Of a DNA stretch of 64,000 nucleotides, positions 56,702 through 64,000 are shown piece by piece. Position 1 is the first letter of the stretch; the number at the start of each line of letters is the position of its first letter. A model generated the notes under the pieces. It saw nothing but the letters and a program-made list of their open reading frames with translations, searched no databases and was not told the DNA's origin. The stretch covers positions 672,001 to 736,000 of the forward strand of contig JBHYGA010000004.1 of assembly GCA_051859245.1 (NCBI GenBank), given 5' to 3'. Position numbers and translations under genes: made by a program. This stretch comes from Gemmatimonadaceae bacterium (lineage in GTDB: Bacteria; Gemmatimonadota; Gemmatimonadetes; Gemmatimonadales; Gemmatimonadaceae).

Positions 56702-58525
56702 TCAGGGCAGCCCGCGTCGCCGACGGAGCCACCATTCGGCGCTCACGCACAGCGCGAACGGGAGTAGCCACCACGCTGATCGCATTGGGTGCCATCGCTC
56801 GGAACGTGGTGCGGCTGTGAGCGATCCTTGCAGACGGCCAGCCAGGGTGCCCAGTGCCGATTCGTCAATCGTCCAGCCGCCGCGCGACGCGATCCACGCG
56901 TTCAGCAGCGCCGGTTCATCGGCGATAGCGTGATGCCGCGTGTCACTGACCACGATCGGCACGAACGCCGAGTCACCATTCGCTTCGATTCGCAGTTGCG
57001 CGTGTCCAAGGGCTGACGGCGCCCGCAATGCGCCGACAAACGAGCCTGGCGTGGCGTTCGGCGAAAGCCCTACCGGCGTCTCCACCGTTCCCGGCGAATC
57101 GACGGCCAACAACGCGGCGGTTGCGTTGGCACGCAGCGAATCACCATTCGCCACCGCCATCATCGCACCGCGCATCGTGACAGTGACAGGCGACGTTTCA
57201 CTCGGCGCCAGCACGGGTTGTGCAACCGTCGCCGATATGGCGGGCAATGTGGCCTCGGCGGCATCGGTCACCAGCTGCGTGAACACGCGATCAAACTGCG
57301 ACACATCGGGATCGCGATAGCGCCACGCATCGAGTGCACCGCTTACTACCAACTGCCCCTGTCCCACCGCCATGCGCCAGATGACCGGCGCCGCGTCCGC
57401 GCCGAGCGCGAGTGAATCGGTGCGTGTTGCGGCGGCGCGGACGAGTACGGTGGCGCCACGTGGCAATGCGACCGGCCAGAACTGCGTTGACACGCGCAGT
57501 CGGTCGCTCTCCCCATTGTTCAAGCGCGCCGCTGCTCCGCCATCGATACTGCGCGACGACCAGCCACGCACGCCAACGAGTTCCTGATACGGCCCGCGTG
57601 TCTGGCTGTCGAGCAACAACACCACGCTGCCGCCTCGATTGCGCAGATACGATTCAAGTCCGACCACATCGCGGGCCGTCAGCGCATCGGGGGCACCCAC
57701 GACAATCGCGTCGTACGCCGAGAGCGCGCTTGCGTTCGCGAGTTGCACAGGTGGCTCACCGATCGACGTGCTGATATTCCTGGACGTGACAATACGACTC
57801 GTTACCAGCAACCGCGGGTCTCTTTCAAGCGCGCGTCGCACGAACGTCGACGAATACGTTGGTCGCGGATCGTACACCAGCACCGCGTATCGACGGTCGT
57901 GAACTGCGACCAGGCCATCGGCGTACGCCGAATCTGCGCCGGCGCGCGCCACTACTCGCACTGTAGAACGTCCGGTGTCGGTTGCTGCAAACGACATCGA
58001 GGCGACCAGATGCTGCTGTGTCGCCGTGAGTGCAAGTGACTGGCGATCCATCACCGCGCCATTTACCTGCAGCTCTGCGACCACCGATCGTGTGCTGGTG
58101 CCGGGCACAAAAAGTCGCGCGCCCACACGTACCGGCGCGTGCAGCGGAGCACGCGTTGGTGCACGCAAGGCCTGAATGCGCAGTTGATTCGCCCGCGACT
58201 GTACGGAAAAGATCGGCTGCGCGTAGTCGAGATCGGTGCGTACGCGGTCGCCCGCAAGAACCATCGCGTCCGCACGAACCAAAGGCGATCGCACCACCAG
58301 AAAGTCTTCGTCGAGTGCTGCAGCAACACGCGCCGCCAGCGCGCTGTCTTGCACGGCATCGCTCGGCACAACGGACACTATGGCTTTGCCTGCCCGCTCG
58401 CTCGTGACAGACGGATCGATCACGGCCGCGATCGCAATGAGCACCGCAACGGTGCGCAGCGACGCACGGAGCAGGAATCCGGTGGAGCGTGTCGGCGAAT
58501 TCGCTGCCGTAGCGGGCGGACTCAT
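56702..58525 (-). CDS. Membrane-anchored protein of MoxR/vWA clusters (Ig-like plus GATase-like domain)
   Basis: N-terminal TM; YDAIVVG, YLRNRGGSVVLL, GQGQLVVSG..WRY; C-terminal WWLLPFALCVSAEWWLRRRRGL. Confidence 0.75.
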   Translation of the reverse strand: MSPPATAANSPTRSTGFLLRASLRTVAVLIAIAAVIDPSVTSERAGKAIVSVVPSDAVQDSALAARVAAALDEDFLVVRSPLVRADAMVLAGDRVRTDLDYAQPIFSVQSRANQLRIQALRAPTRAPLHAPVRVGARLFVPGTSTRSVVAELQVNGAVMDRQSLALTATQQHLVASMSFAATDTGRSTVRVVARAGADSAYADGLVAVHDRRYAVLVYDPRPTYSSTFVRRALERDPRLLVTSRIVTSRNISTSIGEPPVQLANASALSAYDAIVVGAPDALTARDVVGLESYLRNRGGSVVLLLDSQTRGPYQELVGVRGWSSRSIDGGAAARLNNGESDRLRVSTQFWPVALPRGATVLVRAAATRTDSLALGADAAPVIWRMAVGQGQLVVSGALDAWRYRDPDVSQFDRVFTQLVTDAAEATLPAISATVAQPVLAPSETSPVTVTMRGAMMAVANGDSLRANATAALLAVDSPGTVETPVGLSPNATPGSFVGALRAPSALGHAQLRIEANGDSAFVPIVVSDTRHHAIADEPALLNAWIASRGGWTIDESALGTLAGRLQGSLTAAPRSERWHPMRSAWWLLPFALCVSAEWWLRRRRGLP

Positions 58526-60660
58526 GGGTTTGGCCGACCAGCCACGGCGCGGCGCTGCCGCTCGAAGCGAGCCGCGTCCAATGCGCGTAGTGCCGGCGAC
58601 GCACTGCGCGAAACGGACGCGGGCAGTTCGCTTCGCAGCAACGCCGTCAGGGCGACGGTGGCCGAATCCAGCGAGGACGCACGACGCGCCGATTGCACGC
58701 CTTCGCTCGCTTCCGCAGCCGTCGTCAGATGCATGGAGATTCGTTGCATCGCCGCAGCGGATGGATCGATTCGCAACACGTCCTGGGCAAGTTGTGTAAG
58801 GTTCGCTGCATCACTCCGTGCCGCGTCGCGCGGTACCGTCTTGGCAGCAAGCCCCGACACATCGGCCAGTAAACGACGCAGTGCCACCGTGCGCGGATTC
58901 AGCTCCGCCGCAACAACAGCGCGTCGATCTGAACGCGCTTCGGACAGATCGCCAGACAGTCGACGCGAGAGGTCCAGCGCCTCACGTTCGGCCAGTGCGC
59001 GCAGAATGATGCGAGAGCGGGAGAACGCGAGTTCTAGTTGCGCAACAGCGGATTTCTCAGCTGCAAGTGCCGTGGTGAGTTCCGCCACATTGAGCAACGT
59101 GGACGCGCGACTCATGGAACGAATCGCACGCATCAGCGCTACCCGTCCCTGATTCTCCAACCGGCCGGCCAGAATATCTTCTTCCGCTTCAGCCTCGGCT
59201 TCTTCGCCGAGATCATCGAGATCGCCACCGGTGTGTGCGTGTTCGTCGCCCAGCTCACCACCCATCATGAACACGAACTCCGCTCGCACTTTGCGTTGTT
59301 CGGCGGCCAGCTCCATCGACGCCTTGAGTACTGAATCAGCCGGCATTTTCGATGCTTGCGCAATCAGTCGTTCTGTTTTCAGCACGACCATCGCCTGACT
59401 GACGGCGTAGCGTTCCTGATCCGGATCGATCGCGAATCCCGCTGCGGCGTCTCCGCCTATCGCAAACAGCTCGGCAATGAACGCGTCGGACTCCTGTGGT
59501 GCCGATCCCGGGCGACGGTCCGTCGCGATGGCGCGATACACAACCATGTCTCCCGGCTCAAGCTTGAGCGTATCAAGCGTCCAACGGGCTGTGGCGCGCC
59601 ACGTACGGGTCGATGTGCGGGTGACGGCCAGCGGCACGTCGGCCTCGGCAAACGAGAATCGCTCGCCGGAACCGGATACCTTGGTGAAACGCAGCCTGAG
59701 TGACGCGAGCGCGAGATCATCTTCCGACTCAACGGCAATGCTGAGCGTGCTGTTCGGGTCGCGCAGCAGTGTATCGCGTCCGGGGGTCACAATGCGAACG
59801 CGCGGCGGGAGATCGGGCGTGATCGACACACCAATCATGCGTTGTGCGCCCGGTTCGCTGCCGTTGATCAGTGGGGTAAGCGCCAGATAGTCATCGGCGT
59901 TTGCACTCAGCGACACCACAAATCGGTCATCGCCTGCGGCTGCGATGCGTTGTACTCCACCGAGGGTAGACACCACGAGTGAATCGGCGCGCGCCCGTAT
60001 ATCAAACTGCATACGACTTCCTGCCAACACCTCAACGCGAGATGTGTCGCGCACCGTTTGGCGACTGCCACCAGCGTACGTTGGCGCGGTGATCGTGATC
60101 TCAACGTCGTCAATGCGCGCCACATTCGGACTGATCGTACGGCGCGCCAACGCAACAGCGGTGCGTACCGGTGCCGAATCGCGCACGGTGAGTGTCGCCG
60201 AAGCCACCGTTGCCGCCGCAAGCAGTGCCAGTACGCTGCGCGCCGGGAAGATCGCGCTCAGATCGAGCGACTGCACCAACTGCGACGCTCGATGCAGCAC
60301 CAGATCGTTGACCCGCGGTGATGCCAGAACTGTCGCATTTGCGTGTTGCGAATGCAGCAGCTCATCTGCGGTGATCAGCACATTACGACACTCCGTGGCG
60401 CGCGCTTCAACGAGCGGCGCAACACGATCCTGTCGCACGCGTACAAACACCAGACGCAGCAGCGCACCGATCAACGCACATCCAACCGCGATCATCAGAT
60501 GCTGCAATGTTGCACCGCGAGCCGGAACGCCGGCAAGTGCGAGTAGCGCCGCCGCACCCAGCCCGGCGGCCGCACCTTCGGCCATTGCAAGCCAGGAAAC
60601 TCTGGCTTTCGCGCGCCCAAGAAACGCGCGCACCGCGTTGGCGTTGTCCATGCTGCTCAT
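58522..60660 (-). CDS. DUF4175-like membrane protein with Ig-like and coiled-coil regions
   Basis: N-terminal TMs; ITAPTYAG, DLPPRVRIVTPGRD, EDDLAL, LEPGDMVVYRAIATD; acidic/His patch HAHTGGDLDDLGEEAEAEAEED. Confidence 0.72.
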   Translation of the reverse strand: MSSMDNANAVRAFLGRAKARVSWLAMAEGAAAGLGAAALLALAGVPARGATLQHLMIAVGCALIGALLRLVFVRVRQDRVAPLVEARATECRNVLITADELLHSQHANATVLASPRVNDLVLHRASQLVQSLDLSAIFPARSVLALLAAATVASATLTVRDSAPVRTAVALARRTISPNVARIDDVEITITAPTYAGGSRQTVRDTSRVEVLAGSRMQFDIRARADSLVVSTLGGVQRIAAAGDDRFVVSLSANADDYLALTPLINGSEPGAQRMIGVSITPDLPPRVRIVTPGRDTLLRDPNSTLSIAVESEDDLALASLRLRFTKVSGSGERFSFAEADVPLAVTRTSTRTWRATARWTLDTLKLEPGDMVVYRAIATDRRPGSAPQESDAFIAELFAIGGDAAAGFAIDPDQERYAVSQAMVVLKTERLIAQASKMPADSVLKASMELAAEQRKVRAEFVFMMGGELGDEHAHTGGDLDDLGEEAEAEAEEDILAGRLENQGRVALMRAIRSMSRASTLLNVAELTTALAAEKSAVAQLELAFSRSRIILRALAEREALDLSRRLSGDLSEARSDRRAVVAAELNPRTVALRRLLADVSGLAAKTVPRDAARSDAANLTQLAQDVLRIDPSAAAMQRISMHLTTAAEASEGVQSARRASSLDSATVALTALLRSELPASVSRSASPALRALDAARFERQRRAVAGRPNP

Positions 60661-62177
60661 GTTCGCAACGCCGCCGACACCACGGTGTCGCCTGATTGAG
60701 GGGCCGATGGATCAGCCGAGCGGGCCGACTCCTGCTGCATGCGACGACGCACTACGGTTTCAACTGCAAACAGCATCAGTACCACCAGCCAGAGCCAGCG
60801 TGCATCCGAAGGTCCTTCGAGTGGCGACGTGCGGCGTGTGGGTGCAGCACTGAGGTTGGCTGACGGCTCACGTTGCCAGCGTGCAAGTGCACTATCGGAG
60901 ACTGCACGTGTCTCGAATTCTGCAATGTCAGGCAACATTGTGTTCAGCGTGGCATCGAGCGCCTGTTGCGCCGCGGTGAGCAGCGCGGTTGTGGTTGGGT
61001 GCTCGAGTGCCATTTCCGAAAAGAAAAACAGGCGCTCGCTTTGACTGTTTGAAATTGCAGCGGCTGAGACGATCACGCGTCCGCTGTCATTTCGAATAAC
61101 CGGAATACGCGATGCGTTCGTGTCTTCTGAGCCGGCTCCTGAGCCCGCGCTGAAATCCTTCGGGGCAGCATCTGCGGCAACCTCGGCCAGCAGCATGTTG
61201 GCGCTTACCTGTGCGACGACGTCCATCATCCACGGCGCTTTCACGTTGTGCACACTATCCATCAGCGACGATCGCGAAACGTAGCCCGCCGCGACAACGG
61301 TCACCTCAGGGCGCGCCGCACCCAGTTGCGCCTGGGTACTCAAGATTTCAGCGCTGTCGATGAGTTGTGTACGAAGATCTAACGTGGTCAGTTGCACTTC
61401 GTTGGCCAAGGCACTGTCACTATCACTGGCGAGCAACGAAACACGCGTCGCACCGGCCACGCTGCTGTCGGCGGCTCGTAGCGCCGTGCGTTGCCATGTT
61501 GCCTGCGTACGATGTTGTGCGCTATCCCCTTCCAGCGTGGCCCGCACGCGCACGTCACCGTTGGCCGAGCGAAGCGTGACAGCTGAAGGCGCCGCGGTCT
61601 CTATGGTGCCAATGCGCAGCACACGCACACCCATATCCGCCGGAATCGCAGTCCAGACGACATCACTCATTGTGCCGCGTTGAAAATCCGAAACCACCAC
61701 CAGCTCCTGTCGCTGCTCCTGCAGTCGCAGCCATTCCGTGGCGCCAGCGAGTGCCAGTTCGGGCTGCACGGTTTCAAGCAGCAAACCCACATCGGCCTCG
61801 TTCAACAGCTGTGTTGCGATGGCGCGCGCCGAGTCGGCGGACCAACCGCTACGCGTTGCGGCACGCTGGGCGCTGCGACTTGTGTCGAGCACAATGACGC
61901 GCGCCAATGAGCGACCATACGCCGTGCGCCGCGCACTCGTCTGCCACCATGGCTGCGCCAACGCCGCCACCGCTACGAGCACGATCAGCGCACGAACGAG
62001 CAGCAGCCACGGATCGTGCAGCGTGGTGCGGCGTGTGGGCAACAATCGCGTGGTTTGCAGGAAGCGCAACGTTGGAAACGGCAGTCGTCGGGCGCGCCCC
62101 AGGCCGAGCAAGTGAATCAGCACCGGTAGCGCAATCGCCACGAGTCCAAGCCACGCCATCGGTTGCAGCCAGCTCAC
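60657..62177 (-). CDS. BatA N-terminal domain / vWA protein
   Basis: WLQPMAWLGLVAIALPVLIHLL..FPTLRFL..LLLVR..ALAQP; VLDTSRS; VVSDFQ; C-terminal TM. Confidence 0.88.
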   Translation of the reverse strand: MSWLQPMAWLGLVAIALPVLIHLLGLGRARRLPFPTLRFLQTTRLLPTRRTTLHDPWLLLVRALIVLVAVAALAQPWWQTSARRTAYGRSLARVIVLDTSRSAQRAATRSGWSADSARAIATQLLNEADVGLLLETVQPELALAGATEWLRLQEQRQELVVVSDFQRGTMSDVVWTAIPADMGVRVLRIGTIETAAPSAVTLRSANGDVRVRATLEGDSAQHRTQATWQRTALRAADSSVAGATRVSLLASDSDSALANEVQLTTLDLRTQLIDSAEILSTQAQLGAARPEVTVVAAGYVSRSSLMDSVHNVKAPWMMDVVAQVSANMLLAEVAADAAPKDFSAGSGAGSEDTNASRIPVIRNDSGRVIVSAAAISNSQSERLFFFSEMALEHPTTTALLTAAQQALDATLNTMLPDIAEFETRAVSDSALARWQREPSANLSAAPTRRTSPLEGPSDARWLWLVVLMLFAVETVVRRRMQQESARSADPSAPQSGDTVVSAALRT

Positions 62178-63088
62178 GCGGACCTCGGACCGCGTGAGTG
62201 CGTGGTCACCTCACGACGGCTGCGCCGCAACAGATAGTCGCGCAGCGCCTGCTCCGGCGGTGTGTTCGTGGTGATCAGCGCGTAGTCCAATCCGTCGCGC
62301 AATGCATGCAATCGGGAGCGCTCCAGAAACGCCTGCATGGCACGCCCGTATGATTCGGCAATTGCGCCGGCATCCAGAATCTGTCGTGCGCCAGTTTCGA
62401 GATCGTCGAGTTCGATCTGACCGACAAAGGGCAGTTGCTGTTCTTCCGCGGAGATCAGTTGCAGCATGGCCACATCGTGTCCACGCTGCACAACGCGTCG
62501 GAGCTCGCGCCGTGTTTCGTCTTCGGCGTCGTAGAAATCCGAGATGGCAATCACCACGCCGCGGCGCTGCAAGAGCTGTGCGCCACGCGCAATCGTGCGC
62601 GGTGCGTCCCACGTGCCACCGGCAGGCAGCGTGTCAAGGCGCGCGAGCAGTGCACGCAGATGCTGCCGCCCTCCCCGTGCAGGCACGTAGGCGAGCTTGT
62701 CGCCATGCATGCTCATCAATCCAACGGCGTGCCCTTGTTCGCTTACGAGATACGCAAGCGCGGCGGCAATAATCGTGGCGTAGCGAGATTTGGAGAGGCC
62801 CGTGAGCGGGTACGCCATGGACGCGCTCGTATCAAGCACCAGCATCACCGACAGATTCGTTGTTTCCCGAAACTGTCGTGTGTACAGCCGGTCGCTGCGT
62901 GCAAACAGCTTCCAGTCGAGATACTTGAGATCATCACCGGCGCGGTACGGGCGATGCTGGCGGAACTCGGTGCTGTAGCCGTGAAACGGACTGCGATGTC
63001 CGCCGGTGCGCAGCCCTTCCACCACAATGCGCGCAGCCAATTCGAGGTCGTCGATGGCGGCGACAACTTCGGGCGACAGTGCAGACAT
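62174..63088 (-). CDS. DUF58 (vWA-like) protein
   Basis: GHRSPFHG.S.EF.QHRPY..GDDL..LDWK..ARSD; LDTSASM; ISDF. Confidence 0.93.
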   Translation of the reverse strand: MSALSPEVVAAIDDLELAARIVVEGLRTGGHRSPFHGYSTEFRQHRPYRAGDDLKYLDWKLFARSDRLYTRQFRETTNLSVMLVLDTSASMAYPLTGLSKSRYATIIAAALAYLVSEQGHAVGLMSMHGDKLAYVPARGGRQHLRALLARLDTLPAGGTWDAPRTIARGAQLLQRRGVVIAISDFYDAEDETRRELRRVVQRGHDVAMLQLISAEEQQLPFVGQIELDDLETGARQILDAGAIAESYGRAMQAFLERSRLHALRDGLDYALITTNTPPEQALRDYLLRRSRREVTTHSRGPRSA

Positions 63089-63115
63089 GATCAGATCCCT
63101 GCAACGCGCATGGCG

Positions 63116-64000
63116 TCAGGGCCTCACGGCATCCAGCAGCTTGCCAATCACATCGTCAGGTGACACGCCGTCAGCTTCGGCCTGAAAGTTCACCAACAGT
63201 CTGTGACGCAGTACCGGATATGCCACGCGCGTGATGTCGTCGGGTGCTGGCACCGAGCGACCATCGAGCAATGCGCTGGCTTTCGCGCCGAGCAGCAACG
63301 CCTGTCCGGCGCGTGGTCCGACGCCCCATCGTACCCACTCGCGCACCGTCGCCGGAGATGATGCGTCGTTCGGTCTCGTGGCGCGAATCAGACGAAGCGC
63401 GTAGTCCACCACATTCGACGCGGCCGGGAGTTCGCGAACGAGCGCGCGGACCGACTCCAGTTCGGCTCCGGTCGCCACATGCGACGCACTGCGATCAACA
63501 CCGGTGGTCGTTTCGGCCAGAATGCGTCGTTCGTCGTTGGCGTCGGGGTAGTCGATCACCACATTGAACATGAAGCGATCAAGCTGCGCTTCCGGCAGTG
63601 GATAGGTGCCTTCCTGTTCGATCGGATTTTCCGTTGCGAGCACAAACAACGGTCGCTCCAGTGGATACCGCACGCCGCCCACCGTGACCTGGTACTCCTG
63701 CATCGCTTCCAGCAGCGCGGCCTGTGTGCGCGGCGGTGTGCGATTGATCTCGTCGGCCAGAATGATGTTCGCGAACACGGGCCCCGGAATGAAGCGCACA
63801 TGTCGCTTGCCGCCGGTGGCGTCGTCTTCAATGACCTCGGTGCCCAGAATATCAGACGGCATAAGGTCGGGCGTGAACTGAATACGACTGAACTTGAGCT
63901 GGACTGCGTCGGCGAGCGTTTTGATCAGCAAGGTCTTGGCGAGGCCTGGCACACCACGCAACAAACAGTGCCCGCCCGCGATGAGGCACAGGAGCACCTC
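63116..64000 (-). CDS. moxR: MoxR-family AAA+ ATPase (5' end outside the window)
   Basis: [61 protein letters not shown]. Confidence 0.95.
   Translation of the reverse strand, partial: EVLLCLIAGGHCLLRGVPGLAKTLLIKTLADAVQLKFSRIQFTPDLMPSDILGTEVIEDDATGGKRHVRFIPGPVFANIILADEINRTPPRTQAALLEAMQEYQVTVGGVRYPLERPLFVLATENPIEQEGTYPLPEAQLDRFMFNVVIDYPDANDERRILAETTTGVDRSASHVATGAELESVRALVRELPAASNVVDYALRLIRATRPNDASSPATVREWVRWGVGPRAGQALLLGAKASALLDGRSVPAPDDITRVAYPVLRHRLLVNFQAEADGVSPDDVIGKLLDAVRP

Noticed and set aside
55451..56933. Plus-strand ORFs of 438 and 261 aa
   Set aside because: Antisense to tldE.

Overview
GC-rich bacterial chromosomal segment. Its gene repertoire (PEP-CTERM, CsgG-like proteins, Hanks kinases, many secreted peptidases with Gly/Pro-rich inserts) suggests Gemmatimonadota; this assignment is an inference. 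In order, the window holds: (1) a cbb3 oxidase operon (fused ccoNO, ccoQ, monoheme ccoP, ccoG, ccoH, DsbD2/TauE-like gene, truncated ccoI) next to a His-rich membrane chemoreceptor and a Tat-exported DUF411/CopG protein; (2) a peptide and cell-wall scavenging stretch (S9, M14, M28, M23, CstA, Pro-iminopeptidase, GH3, serine hydrolase); (3) an Oar/TonB-like outer-membrane protein with an unusual C-terminal LTxxQ helical extension, coupled to a beta-propeller-like partner; (4) a cell-surface module of PEP-CTERM, CsgG-like lipoprotein, beta-barrel, 8-repeat Cys-rich adhesin-like lipoprotein, second CsgG-like protein and Ser/Thr kinase; (5) an SRPBCC-ALDH-kinase operon; (6) a MoxR-DUF58-BatA-DUF4175-like cluster followed by TldE, Tat-signal TldD and a convergent Tat-DUF4159 gene. 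I saw no rRNA, tRNA, CRISPR array or transposase. The best candidates for undescribed systems are modules 4, 6 and 3, plus a CstA carrying a YbdD/YjiX-like RCC tail. All family calls come from motif recognition by eye, not from database searches.
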